Source: Thermodesulfobacteriota bacterium
GTDB lineage: Bacteria; Desulfobacterota; Desulfobulbia; Desulfobulbales; SURF-16
Reading direction: 5' to 3'
NCBI GenBank assembly: GCA_040755455.1
Contig: JBFMAY010000021.1
Coordinates: 1-64,000, forward strand
DNA length: 64,000 nucleotides
This document shows, piece after piece, positions 1 to 9,934 of this stretch (within the stretch, counting starts at the first letter, position 1; the number at the start of each line of letters is the position of its first letter). Made by a program: the position numbers and the translations under genes. The notes below the pieces were generated by a model that saw only the letters and a program-made list of their open reading frames with translations, ran no database searches and was not told the DNA's origin.

Positions 1-73
1 ATTTTCCCTCCGTGCAATCCTTCTGAAAAATTCCTCCGAGGCATTCCCCTATATAAGGTCAGGCCCGCGGCTT

Positions 74-131
74 CTTGAACAAAGGATTGAAAGCGACAAA
101 AAGACGTCGCATCAATCCTTATTGGTTGTGC
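74..131 (-). mobile_element. attC-like recombination site (integron cassette type)
   Basis: Minus strand reads GCACAAC-CAATAAGGATTGATGCGAC-GTCTTTTT-GTCGCTTTCAATCCTTT-GTTCAAG. It is an imperfect palindrome bounded by AAC...GTT cores and starts 4 nt after the stop of the AT-rich ORF. Spacer lengths are non-canonical. Confidence 0.55.
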
Positions 132-135
132 TGTT

Positions 136-660
136 TTATTTATGTTTTCCTGTAATTGCCATCTTAACCATAAGGGCTAGAGGGAATACAAAAGTTAAAG
201 ACAGATAAGGACTATATCCTTCCATTTTTAATATTTCGGTAGTTATAGGAAAATACCTTAATATTAGTCCAGAAAGCATCATTATTGCCATGGTCCACCC
301 ACCAGAATCTGGAGGTGAGTATTTGAACAGAACATAAATAATTATTGGTGAGATAATATAGGCAATCGCTTCCCACAAAAGTAAATATTTATTTTGGTTC
401 TTCCCTTGTAATAAAGTCTGTCCCTTTTCTTTTTTTTTGGCTAATGCCTTTTTTACTAAATGACACCCCATCGTGAACGACACTAACCCAAGGATAAAAG
501 ACTTGTTAATGCTAAAGGGTTTCACAATAATCATGTCACCAATTCCAGCAATCAGGTACACCAAACCTAACGGGATCCAAACAATAGCCAATAATATTGC
601 CAGAACTTTAAATACTGGTCGGATTGGCTTTTCGCTATTCAGTTCACCGAGATAAGACAT
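136..660 (-). CDS. AT-rich hypothetical multi-pass membrane protein (putative cassette gene)
   Basis: 174-aa ORF with several hydrophobic helices; visibly far more AT-rich than its neighbours. Confidence 0.7.
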   Translation of the reverse strand: MSYLGELNSEKPIRPVFKVLAILLAIVWIPLGLVYLIAGIGDMIIVKPFSINKSFILGLVSFTMGCHLVKKALAKKKEKGQTLLQGKNQNKYLLLWEAIAYIISPIIIYVLFKYSPPDSGGWTMAIMMLSGLILRYFPITTEILKMEGYSPYLSLTFVFPLALMVKMAITGKHK

Positions 661-702
661 TGGTTATAGACTTTGTTAATTATTGAAGCACAACCTTGGG
701 CC

Positions 703-1713
703 CTACTGCAAAAGCCTGAATTCAACCCGCCTGTTCAACATACGGTTCTTTCTGCTGCTATTGGGAAAGAGCGGCCGTTCCTGACCGTAATAGGCCACGG
801 TGAGTCTGTCAGGCGCGATACGGCAGTTTTCCACAAGATAATCTCTGACCCGCGTTGCCCGCATCTTGGAAAAATACATATTCACTTCCGGCGTGCCGAT
901 GTCATCGGTATGACCGGCCACCTCAAAGCGGCGACCCTGCAGTTCCTGACTCTGCAAGGCCTTGCAGACCACGCTGTCAAGCACCGCCCTTGCCTCTTCG
1001 GTCAGTTCTCCCGAGGATATCTCAAACTGAATCTGCATACTGAGCCCATGGCTCTGCTCTCCGCTGTGCTGCTTTGCCGTATCACCAGTCATACTTTGCA
1101 CAAAAGTCTCGGCGGTTATCTGCGAGAATGCCTCACCCTCTACGGGCGGTTTTAGCTGGGGAGTGGGCTGGGCCGGAACTGCCGCGGTATCGTCCTGCCC
1201 GGCAAAGGTTTCCGCTTTCAGCCCTTCATGCGGCTGAACGTCCCTGCCGGCCTCCTCATGACGACCAGCAGGCCCGGACTTATCATGCTGCAGGGCCTTC
1301 TGATACGATCTCTGGGCCCAGACATTGTCCGGGTCAAGGCTCAGCCCCTTCCTGAATGAATCAATGGCGATTTTACTCTTGCCCAGGGCCAGATACACAT
1401 CCCCAAGGCCGAAATAGCCCTTGGCAAAATCAGGTTGCAACCTTACCGCCGCCTCGTAATAGTGCAGCGCCTGATCATACCGGCGCAGTCTCTCCAGATT
1501 ATAGGCATAGTGGTAGTTGATCTGATGATCATCCGGGCACTCCTTGATAGCCCGGGCAAGAAACTCCTGGCGCTGCATCATGCCTTTCAACAGACTGAGA
1601 TCATGCAGCAGCAGAGCACAGTCAGCAGCCTGAGCAGCAAGGGGACAAACCGTGCCCATCCAGCCGGCGCATAAAAACCAAAAAATGATTTTTCGCAGGT
1701 TAATGCCATCCAT
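703..1713 (-). CDS. TPR-repeat plus OmpA-family peptidoglycan-binding protein
   Basis: Signal peptide, TPR-like repeats, and C-terminal OmpA motifs VAGHTD...N..FS..RA and NRRVE. Confidence 0.85.
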   Translation of the reverse strand: MDGINLRKIIFWFLCAGWMGTVCPLAAQAADCALLLHDLSLLKGMMQRQEFLARAIKECPDDHQINYHYAYNLERLRRYDQALHYYEAAVRLQPDFAKGYFGLGDVYLALGKSKIAIDSFRKGLSLDPDNVWAQRSYQKALQHDKSGPAGRHEEAGRDVQPHEGLKAETFAGQDDTAAVPAQPTPQLKPPVEGEAFSQITAETFVQSMTGDTAKQHSGEQSHGLSMQIQFEISSGELTEEARAVLDSVVCKALQSQELQGRRFEVAGHTDDIGTPEVNMYFSKMRATRVRDYLVENCRIAPDRLTVAYYGQERPLFPNSSRKNRMLNRRVEFRLLQ

Positions 1714-2587
1714 GTTCCTTCCCCTTATGCGTTCTGAGCATGCTCAGACGTAAATGTTCAATTGCCCGGGCCAGTAAGCCGATTTCGTCGTCACCCTCAT
1801 GCTTGAAGCTTTCCTGTAGATTTTCTCCCCGGTTGATTTCCTCTATCCGGTCGCTGAGATATTCAATCGGCTGAATAACCCTGCGGTCCAGAAACAGGGC
1901 CATGGCAAGCAGGGCCAGAAAAAAACAGCCGATACCGACCAGAAAAAGCTGGCCTGCCATCCGTTTGGCCGACGCCAGCGCATCCTGAATCGAGACATAA
2001 ATGACATAGGCGGAAACCGTATCCCCATATTGCCAGTTATAGCCGTTTTCCGTGCCGTAAATCTCTATCTGATCCCTGGGGGCATTGGCTGCTTCGCCGT
2101 GACAACGGAGACATTCCTGATCGTCGATCTTAATGGGGTAGGCCATATAAAAAAACTTCTCGCCGTTCTTGTCGATCACTCCGTCCAACATTTTCAGGTC
2201 CGGACTCTGGCGAAAGGTGTCGATCATTCTTACCTCGTCACTGTCCGCCTTATTCGGCTGATAGAGCGGATCGAGGGTGGCCTGTTTGAAATCATAACCT
2301 TTGTTTTTTTCCTTAAAGACATCCCAGATGCCCCTGGTTACGACAAAGCCCGACATCAATTCAGGATAAAAGCGATCTTCATCCACAAGCTCCATGATCA
2401 GGGCGCGTTGCTGGCTTTTAAAATACTGACGGTGGGCAAGGACATAATGAAAGAGCAGCTGCCCCTTGTTTTTCGCCTCGATGATCGCATTGCGCTCGGT
2501 CAGCTTATAACTTGCGGCGCCGATGAGCAGTGTGGCGATGAGACTGAAAATTCCCATGATCAAGATGATACGTGGCCGTATTCCCAT
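1700..2587 (-). CDS. DUF3365/Tll0287-like heme-binding sensor with HAMP domain and no transmitter domain
   Basis: TM, periplasmic domain with CxxCH (CLRCH), TM, then HAMP (DEIGLLARAIEHLR). ATG at 2587 follows an AAGGAG RBS. Confidence 0.75.
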   Translation of the reverse strand: MGIRPRIILIMGIFSLIATLLIGAASYKLTERNAIIEAKNKGQLLFHYVLAHRQYFKSQQRALIMELVDEDRFYPELMSGFVVTRGIWDVFKEKNKGYDFKQATLDPLYQPNKADSDEVRMIDTFRQSPDLKMLDGVIDKNGEKFFYMAYPIKIDDQECLRCHGEAANAPRDQIEIYGTENGYNWQYGDTVSAYVIYVSIQDALASAKRMAGQLFLVGIGCFFLALLAMALFLDRRVIQPIEYLSDRIEEINRGENLQESFKHEGDDEIGLLARAIEHLRLSMLRTHKGKEHGWH

Positions 2588-2772
2588 TGCGGTTCTCCTT
2601 CGGCAGCTCATGATAACCTGCTGCATTCCCACTCTTGTCAACTCCCGCAGTGCCGGCCGGTTTCAAGAAACAGAAAAACGCACCCAAAAACCGCGGTGCA
2701 AAAAATGGTGATTGCCACCCTTTTTCAGCCAAAGCAGGAAGAGGCAAGGACATGATGACGACTAGTGCAAGG

Positions 2773-2918
2773 CCAGGAGGCTGAAGCGATCAGGCATGAA
2801 GGGCGCGCGGTACAGGACGTACCGCACTGGCGGTCAGGTCATGAGATCCTGTTCCGCCGGCCCGGTGAAGGAGCCGTCAGGCTAGAGCACCTGGAGTCAG
2901 CATGCTGCTGACTTTACT
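2773..2918 (+). ncRNA. candidate structured intergenic RNA
   Basis: Nested stems: CCAGG/CCTGG, GGGC/GCCC, GCGGTAC/GTACCGC, CTGGCGG/CCGCCGG, followed by a terminator-like GTCAGCA-TGC-TGCTGAC-TTT. Confidence 0.3.
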
Positions 2919-3004
2919 GAATTTTACTGCAGCATTTGGGTGATAAGCAAAAAAAATTTCATGCTGCCTTGGCGGCCATGCTTCGTGACGCCCTGAATGC
3001 CTCA

Positions 3005-4078
3005 TTAATAAGGCAGATAAAAAAAGTAGGCGCACAAAGCCCCTATGAGCAGGATCAGCGTGAAATAGATGAAAAATATCCCCCACATGCCACTCTTTTT
3101 CTTCCTGATACCGGCCAGGTCGAGCTGGATGTGTTCAAGTTCGCTTCGTACCGCCGCAACGGGCTGAACTACGGGTGCAGGAGCCGCTTTAGCCTTTTCC
3201 TGTGCACTTGCACCCGCGGCAACCCCAGCGGCCACCGGAACTTCCTTTTTTTTCGGCTTATCATCATCGTCATAAGGAGAAATCCGCAACTCTGACGCAC
3301 ACTCGGCAATAACAGCAGCATCGATTTTCTTTTTGCCTTCGACAAAACCGGTAAGCAGTGCCCGGTCGCAGATAATGTTGATCAGGCGGGGAGCCCCCCC
3401 GGAAAACTTAAAAACCTCTTGCACGGCATCGCTGCTGAAAATTTCGTCAGGCGTCCCGGCCACCTGCAGACGGTGGCGGATATATTCACCCGTTTCCTGC
3501 TCGTTCAGATATCCCAAGGTATAGTGGATGGTGATTCTCTGCCTGATCGCCTTGTTGCCTTTTTCCAGCAGAATATTGTTAAACTCCACCTGGCCGACAA
3601 AAAAGATGTTCAGCAGCTTGACATGCTCCTTCTCTATATTGGAGAGATGCCTGATATCCTCAAGCAAAGCCGGACTCAGACGCTGGGCTTCATCGGCAAT
3701 AAGCACCACCTGCTTGCCGGCCGCATAGGCCTTTTCCAGGAATTCAGCAAAGAGAAGCAAAAATTCACCCTTGCTGTTGAATGGCTTTTTAATGGCAAAC
3801 TCATTGGCGAGAAGATGGTAAAAATCCATTTCCTCAAGTTTCGGATCAGAAATTTTTGCCAAGATGACCTTGGAGTTGAGACTGTTGATCAGGGCATTGA
3901 TCAGGGTTGTTTTGCCTGTGCCCACATCACCGGTGAGCAGCAGAAAACCCTTATCATCAAGGATACCGTACTTTAAGGTGGCAAAGGCCTCTTTGTGTTT
4001 TTCGCCGAGCCAGAGAAAACGAGAGTCTGTTGTTATCTGAAAGGGTTTTTCCTTTAAATTATAGAACGAACGATACAT
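3005..4078 (-). CDS. ExeA/GspA-family AAA ATPase with C-terminal TM anchor
   Basis: N-terminal 'FYNLKEKPF', Walker A GDVGTGKT, Walker B LIADEAQ, and GGAPRLINIICDRAL. Confidence 0.88.
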   Translation of the reverse strand: MYRSFYNLKEKPFQITTDSRFLWLGEKHKEAFATLKYGILDDKGFLLLTGDVGTGKTTLINALINSLNSKVILAKISDPKLEEMDFYHLLANEFAIKKPFNSKGEFLLLFAEFLEKAYAAGKQVVLIADEAQRLSPALLEDIRHLSNIEKEHVKLLNIFFVGQVEFNNILLEKGNKAIRQRITIHYTLGYLNEQETGEYIRHRLQVAGTPDEIFSSDAVQEVFKFSGGAPRLINIICDRALLTGFVEGKKKIDAAVIAECASELRISPYDDDDKPKKKEVPVAAGVAAGASAQEKAKAAPAPVVQPVAAVRSELEHIQLDLAGIRKKKSGMWGIFFIYFTLILLIGALCAYFFYLPY

Positions 4079-4200
4079 AAGGCTGGGATCATCTCCATTT
4101 AGGAGCCGCTAGAGAATAAACATTACATTGCTGGCCATTTCGTCATGGCTCCTTATGCCGGTCACGACATTTCATGTTACAGTTATCTTTGCACAACGGC

Positions 4201-6687
4201 TCACACATCTTTTATGCCCCATATATCCCTGGCGTACTCCCTGATGGTCCTGTCACTGGAGAACTTCCCCATACGGGCCACATTTAGAATCGACTTTTCC
4301 GTCCATGTTTTTTTATCACGGAAGGCCCGGCCGATTTTCTCCTGGCAGTCAAGATAGGATTCCAAATCAAGCAGAAGCAGATACGGGTCATTTTCATTTA
4401 ATAGATCATCAACTATGGTCCGGAAAATCTCCCGGTCGCCGTAACTGAACATACCATCCCGAATGCTGTCAACAATTCGTTTCACCACCGCGTTTCTTTC
4501 GTAAACGGCGGCAGGGGTGCGGCTCTTATGCAGCCTTTCATATTCCGCTTCGCTTGCGGTAAGACCAAAAATAAAAATGTTTTCCTTGCCCACCTCTTCC
4601 AGAATTTCAATATTGGCGCCATCCAGGGTGCCCACGGTAAGCGCCCCGTTAAGGGAAAACTTCATGTTGCCGGTGCCCGAAGCCTCGGTGCCGGCGGTGG
4701 AGATCTGTTCGGAAAGATCTGCCGCCGGAATAATTTTTTCGGCAAGCGACACATTATAGTTCGGGATAAACACCACCTTCAGTTTCCCCCCCACCCGAGG
4801 ATCGGCATTGACCACTTCGCCGATGGAGTTGATCAGCTTGATGATGAGCTTTGCCTTGCGATAGGAAGGCGCAGCCTTACCGGCAAAAATGATGGTGCGC
4901 GGCGTAATCTGCTGCTCAGGAGCACTGATAATACGGTGATAAAGAGCGATCACATGCAGGGCGTTCAGCAGCTGGCGCTTATACTCGTGAATCCTTTTCA
5001 CCTGGACATCAAACATGGTATCCGGATTGACATTGACCCCGCAGACATCCGCGATGATCCGGGCAAGACGTTTCTTGTTTTCAAGCTTCACCGTCCGCCA
5101 TTTTTTCTGCAAAGCCGGATCATTGGCAAACTTTTCCATTTTTTTGAGTTCATCTAGATTGGTCACCCAGTTACAGCCGATTTTCCCGGAGATAAGGTCG
5201 GCAAGCGGGGCATTGCATTTCAGCAGCCAGCGGCGGGGGGTGATGCCGTTGGTCTTGTTATTGAATTTCCCGGGATAAAACTCATTGAAATCACAGAAAA
5301 TCCTTGTTTTCAGCAGATGGGTGTGCAAGGCAGCCACGCCATTGACCGAATGGCTGCCGACAATGGCCAGATGCGCCATGCGCACCCGCTTGGTCTCCCC
5401 CTCGGCTATGATGGACATATCCCGCAGCTTCCTGGTATCACCCGGATACTTCTGGGCAACATGATCCAGAAAACGCTGATTGATCTCATAGATGATCTGC
5501 AGATGGCGGGGCAACACTCGGCCGATCAGATCCACGGGCCAGGTTTCCAGGGCCTCGGGCATCAGGGTATGATTGGTGTAGGCAAATGTCTTGGTGCTGG
5601 CATCCCAGGCCTTTTCCCAGCTTAACCCCTCAATATCGAGCAGAATACGCATCAGCTCCGGAATGGCGATGGCCGGATGGGTATCGTTGAGCTGCACGGC
5701 GATCTGGTTGCTGAACTGATCAAAGGAGATGTTCGTTTTTTTGTAGCGCCGGAGAATATCCTGAAAGGTGGCGGCGACAAAGAAATACTGCTGTTTTAAG
5801 CGCAGTTCCTGCCCTTCCCTGATCTCATCGGAGGGATAGAGCACCTTGGAAATCGTTTCCGACGTGACCTTGCCCTGCACCGCCTGGATGTAATCCCCGG
5901 CATTGAAAATGCTGAGATCAAGCTCACGGGAGGCCTTGGCGGTCCAGAGCCGCATGTTCATCACATGACCGTTATTAAAACCGGGCACCAGGATGTCGCA
6001 GGCCATGGCCATGACATCCTCGGTATCAACCCATTCCGAGCGGTAATTGCCGTTTTTGTCCAGATAGTTGTAGACCTTGCCGTAAAAATGGACCGGGAAA
6101 AGATAGGTGGACCTCTCAAACTCCCACGGCGTGCCGTAACGCAGCCAGTTGTCCGGGGTTTCCACCTGATAGCCGTTGATCAGCTTCTGATAAAAAAGGC
6201 CATACTCATAACGGATGCCATAGCCGTAGGCCGGAATTTTCAGGGTGGCGACCGAATCCATGAAACAGGCGGCAAGCCGGCCCAACCCCCCATTGCCGAG
6301 CGCGGCGTCCTCCTCCACCTCCCTGATCTCTTCCAGGTCATAGCCGAGCTGTTCCAGGGCCTTGGTGACCTCTCCCATCAGGCCCGTGTTAATCAGCGTG
6401 TTGCCGAGGGTCCGGCCCACCAGAAACTCGAGCGACAGATAGTAGACCCTTTTGCTCTTCTTGGCATAAAAATTCTTCTGGGTTTCAATCCATTTTTCCA
6501 CCAGCACATCCCGCAAGGCAAAAGAAAGTGCCTTGTAGACGTCCCTGGGTCCTGCCCGCATGGGATCGCGCCCCTGGAAGCTCATCAGGTGATGCTTGAT
6601 CCTCTCTTTGAACTGGTCTGCAGTTTTGGAGCTGAAAATTGTTGAATAAGTCTGATTCTGCGTGGTGCCGTGGTCCGCATTTTTCAT
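4201..6687 (-). CDS. glgP: glycogen/starch/alpha-glucan phosphorylase
   Basis: LGNGGLGRLAACF, QLNDTHP, KRIHEYKRQLLN and the PLP-site motif EASGTGNMKF. Confidence 0.97.
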   Translation of the reverse strand: MKNADHGTTQNQTYSTIFSSKTADQFKERIKHHLMSFQGRDPMRAGPRDVYKALSFALRDVLVEKWIETQKNFYAKKSKRVYYLSLEFLVGRTLGNTLINTGLMGEVTKALEQLGYDLEEIREVEEDAALGNGGLGRLAACFMDSVATLKIPAYGYGIRYEYGLFYQKLINGYQVETPDNWLRYGTPWEFERSTYLFPVHFYGKVYNYLDKNGNYRSEWVDTEDVMAMACDILVPGFNNGHVMNMRLWTAKASRELDLSIFNAGDYIQAVQGKVTSETISKVLYPSDEIREGQELRLKQQYFFVAATFQDILRRYKKTNISFDQFSNQIAVQLNDTHPAIAIPELMRILLDIEGLSWEKAWDASTKTFAYTNHTLMPEALETWPVDLIGRVLPRHLQIIYEINQRFLDHVAQKYPGDTRKLRDMSIIAEGETKRVRMAHLAIVGSHSVNGVAALHTHLLKTRIFCDFNEFYPGKFNNKTNGITPRRWLLKCNAPLADLISGKIGCNWVTNLDELKKMEKFANDPALQKKWRTVKLENKKRLARIIADVCGVNVNPDTMFDVQVKRIHEYKRQLLNALHVIALYHRIISAPEQQITPRTIIFAGKAAPSYRKAKLIIKLINSIGEVVNADPRVGGKLKVVFIPNYNVSLAEKIIPAADLSEQISTAGTEASGTGNMKFSLNGALTVGTLDGANIEILEEVGKENIFIFGLTASEAEYERLHKSRTPAAVYERNAVVKRIVDSIRDGMFSYGDREIFRTIVDDLLNENDPYLLLLDLESYLDCQEKIGRAFRDKKTWTEKSILNVARMGKFSSDRTIREYARDIWGIKDV

Positions 6688-6781
6688 GTCATCAGTCCAT
6701 TTTCGTTAGCTTTATCGGTAATGGTTCAAGCGCTGCAGCTTAATTAGACTACAACGGCAGATAAAAAAAAATCAAATGAAA

Positions 6782-8230
6782 TCAACGGACAGACAAAAAA
6801 TGGCGAACCCAGGCAAGGGCCTGTTCACGGCTGTTGAGCTTCCCTTCCACCTGGGCCTGTTCAACCTCGGCCAGGATATCCTTGAAAACAGGACCGGCTT
6901 CAAGCCCCAGTGCAAGCAAATCCCTGCCAGTCACCAGACGCGGGCCGGCAAGAACAGGCTGCACCTGGGTTCTGCACACCTCCAGCACCTGGGTGTAGAG
7001 CGCGACCAGCTCCTCTTCCATGGCATCAGGCTTTCCTGTACCCTGTCCGGCCAGGCTGTCCGCCATGGCCAGCAGGAAAAGCCCGGGCAGCTCCTCGCCG
7101 GCCGCCTTGTAAATTTTCAGGCAGGCCCTGGCCGTCACCCCTTTTTTCCGGCGCACATTACTCAAATGGAAAGGCCACATGTGCAGGGCAACAAAGCGGC
7201 TGATCCGCTCCGCCTTCTCCTTGCTCCAGCGCAGCCTTCCGGCAAGTGCCCCGACAAGTTCAACGCCGATGCGGTCATGGTTATAAAAGGTGATGCGCTG
7301 ATCAATCAGGCGCAAGGCGGCCGGCTTGCCCAGATCATGAAAGAGCGCCGCCCACTTGAGCCAGATAACTCTCTTGACGGGGGCAAGATACTCTGCCAGG
7401 GCCACGCCCTGGGAGGGATAGAAATCAGCCGGACGATCGATAATCCGCTCCATCCAGCGCAAGGCCTCCAGATTATGGCCAAGCACATCAAGATGGTGGC
7501 TGGCGGGCTGGTTGATTCCCGCGCCCATGCCCAGCTCGGGAAACAAAAGAGGAAGAATGTCCGCTTTTTCCAGAAGCAGTATGGCGGCAAAGGCCCGGTG
7601 GCTGGCCATGATGCAGTCAAGCTCATAGGATATGCGCTCCGGCGAGACAGCGGCAATAAGGGCCCGATTCTCTATGATCCATTGCCAGCTCTTCGGTTCA
7701 ATGACAAATCCCGCTTCGGCAAAAAACCGGAAGGCGCGCAACAGCCGCAGGGGATCATCGGTCAAGGATTGCGGCCCAAACAGGCGGATGATCCCGCCCT
7801 GCAGATCAGTCAAACCGTCCGCCGGATCGATTATCATCCGTCTGTCCGCCGCGAATGAAGTCATGTATTGGGCAAAAGGGAGGGCCAGGGCATTGATGGT
7901 AAAGTCCCTTTTCACCAGATCCTGCCGTATGTCCCGGGCCCCGCCCCTGAAACCGGCAACATCCACCACATAATCCCCCCAGACCACCCGCGCCGTTTGC
8001 TCATCTTCATCAAGCAGCACAAAGGCGGCCCGCAGCTCGTGGGCCAGCGCCTTAGCAAAATCAAGGGCTGACCGGGAAACGGCAAGATCAAGATCCCGGG
8101 CCGCCACCCCCCGCAGCCAGTCCCGCACCGTGCCGCCGACGACAAAGACACCCGCCCCGTAGCGGGCGGCCATGGCCTGGATGGCCCGGCACAGGCGGTC
8201 AGGATATTTTTGCATGAGATCCCTGGGCAT
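6782..8230 (-). CDS. tRNA nucleotidyltransferase / poly(A) polymerase family protein with HD domain
   Basis: VGGTVRD...DLD, KRDFTINALA, DDPLRLLRAFRF and LFHDLGK. Confidence 0.9.
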   Translation of the reverse strand: MPRDLMQKYPDRLCRAIQAMAARYGAGVFVVGGTVRDWLRGVAARDLDLAVSRSALDFAKALAHELRAAFVLLDEDEQTARVVWGDYVVDVAGFRGGARDIRQDLVKRDFTINALALPFAQYMTSFAADRRMIIDPADGLTDLQGGIIRLFGPQSLTDDPLRLLRAFRFFAEAGFVIEPKSWQWIIENRALIAAVSPERISYELDCIMASHRAFAAILLLEKADILPLLFPELGMGAGINQPASHHLDVLGHNLEALRWMERIIDRPADFYPSQGVALAEYLAPVKRVIWLKWAALFHDLGKPAALRLIDQRITFYNHDRIGVELVGALAGRLRWSKEKAERISRFVALHMWPFHLSNVRRKKGVTARACLKIYKAAGEELPGLFLLAMADSLAGQGTGKPDAMEEELVALYTQVLEVCRTQVQPVLAGPRLVTGRDLLALGLEAGPVFKDILAEVEQAQVEGKLNSREQALAWVRHFLSVR

Positions 8231-8233
8231 GGT

Positions 8234-9172
8234 TCAGAGCAGGGCGCAGATTGCCCCGAGGGATGTCTCCAGCCGGCAGCAGACATCGTGGATATGAATG
8301 CTCTCCAGGCTGAGCGACTCGATGATCACCCCGGTTTCCGCCGGCAATTTTGCGCCGAACATGCGGCCCACGGCGTGGGCCGTCTCCCGCACCGCGTCTT
8401 CGGCAAACTGGGGATGGATGTGTGATTTCAGGACAATCTCCGCCTCATCCGGTCTTTTCAGCAGATCCTGGGTCAGATGCAGGGAGTTTTCCAGGCAGGT
8501 CAGCAGATCCTGATAAGCCGGCACCTCCCTTACGCCGCGCAGATGGAGCCATGTCTGGGAGCGCTGGGAATGGGTGGGCATGGGGCAGTCGCCCCGCCCG
8601 GTAAAGACATCGCTATTATAGACCTGGGTGCAGGGGCAGGAGGTGATATGGCAGACCCCGATGCCGTTTGACAGGATGACCGCAGCGGCGTCATCCTTGT
8701 TGATCATGGCCTCCACCCTGACCAGCAGCGGGTCAACCGAAACCTGCCCGCTGATTTTTGACTGGCGCAGCAGCGGACGTTGGCCGGCGAGGCTCACCCG
8801 CGCCGTCCTGCCCCGCTGCCGTGCAACCACCATCTCCGCCAGTGCCCCCGCATAATGGCTCAGCCGGGCAAACGGCCGTTCATGCAACTCGGCAATGGCC
8901 TGTTCCAGCCGGGACATATGGATACCCCTGGCATGGCCCGGCAGATCCACGGTGACGGATGCCGTGAAGGGAAGCCGTCCCTCAGGCAGCAGCACCCACA
9001 GTGTTTTCCCGGCAATGCCCACGGCATCAAGAGGGATGGCAAACGAAGGAGCCTGTTCAGGCACATCCGTACCGGATGCAACCACCTTGGCATGGGTTTC
9101 CCTGTCAATCAGGGACGGCTCTCCGTCTATGCGTATTGCCCTCGGCAAATTATTTTCTCCCAAAATATCCAC
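8234..9172 (-). CDS. GTP cyclohydrolase, FolE2/MptA family
   Basis: RGIHMSR, TSCPC, THSQR, LLKRPDE, PQFAEDAVR and ESIH motifs. Confidence 0.85.
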   Translation of the reverse strand: MDILGENNLPRAIRIDGEPSLIDRETHAKVVASGTDVPEQAPSFAIPLDAVGIAGKTLWVLLPEGRLPFTASVTVDLPGHARGIHMSRLEQAIAELHERPFARLSHYAGALAEMVVARQRGRTARVSLAGQRPLLRQSKISGQVSVDPLLVRVEAMINKDDAAAVILSNGIGVCHITSCPCTQVYNSDVFTGRGDCPMPTHSQRSQTWLHLRGVREVPAYQDLLTCLENSLHLTQDLLKRPDEAEIVLKSHIHPQFAEDAVRETAHAVGRMFGAKLPAETGVIIESLSLESIHIHDVCCRLETSLGAICALL

Positions 9173-9181
9173 TATCTCATT

Positions 9182-9934
9182 TCAATGGTTTGCATGGCCA
9201 GGGGGAAAGCAGGCAGCCGCTTCCTTTATCCTGCCATCCTGAATGCATTCGATGTATTCCTGCGCCCTGGGCAGCATGTCGTCAAGATAAGCGCCTATTT
9301 CCCTGGCCGTGGCGGTGGTCAGGGTCTGACTGAACAAACATTTTCTTTCCCCGCCGCCGGTGGACGGCAGGCCGAAATCCTCCAGCAGATGCCGGGTGGT
9401 CATCACCTCCTCAAAGTCATCATAGACCGGAAAGCGGACGGCAAGACCGAACTGGGCGGAAAATCTGGCAATTTTCTCCATGAACACCGGGGTCTGCTCC
9501 GGATAATGACTCTGTTTCTTGGTGTAGCCGGCCACAGCCGTCGGGATCAAATGCTCGTTGCAATAGAGAATCGCCCTGATATGCATGGCAAGTTTGCAGG
9601 CCACGCAGACTAGATTTTTCCCCCCATAGCGGGGCATGAACTCTTCATAGCGATCCAGCCACAGGCCCTGAAACAGGCGGCCCATATCGAGTTCCACCAG
9701 CAAGGCCTCCGGCATTTCCTCAGTCAGGGGAAAACGTCTGGCCAGGATATTTTTTGCCGTCTCGAAACGGTTGCGGGTAAAATCAGGAAAACGGCCCATG
9801 CCGTTCAACATGTTGAGCAGATGAATCCGCCTTGGCCTCGGCAGATCGGGGTGATGCCCGGCCGTTGCCAAGGCATAGAGGGCCAGGGAATCGGTCCCGC
9901 CGGAAAAGAGAATGGCCAGTTCCTGTTTATGCAT
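9182..9934 (-). CDS. PP-loop (adenine nucleotide alpha-hydrolase superfamily) protein
   Basis: ILFSGGTDS PP-loop, CVACK, and a C-terminal Cys (ERKCLF). Start moved to ATG 9934 after GAGG. Confidence 0.75.
   Translation of the reverse strand: MHKQELAILFSGGTDSLALYALATAGHHPDLPRPRRIHLLNMLNGMGRFPDFTRNRFETAKNILARRFPLTEEMPEALLVELDMGRLFQGLWLDRYEEFMPRYGGKNLVCVACKLAMHIRAILYCNEHLIPTAVAGYTKKQSHYPEQTPVFMEKIARFSAQFGLAVRFPVYDDFEEVMTTRHLLEDFGLPSTGGGERKCLFSQTLTTATAREIGAYLDDMLPRAQEYIECIQDGRIKEAAACFPPGHANH

Noticed and set aside
2773..2918. SRP RNA, tRNA or c-di-GMP riboswitch identity for the structured element
   Set aside because: The diagnostic conserved motifs were not found by eye.
9182..9934. Calling the PP-loop protein QueC
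   Set aside because: It lacks the QueC C-terminal four-Cys zinc motif, and no queD or queE is nearby; left as an unassigned PP-loop enzyme.
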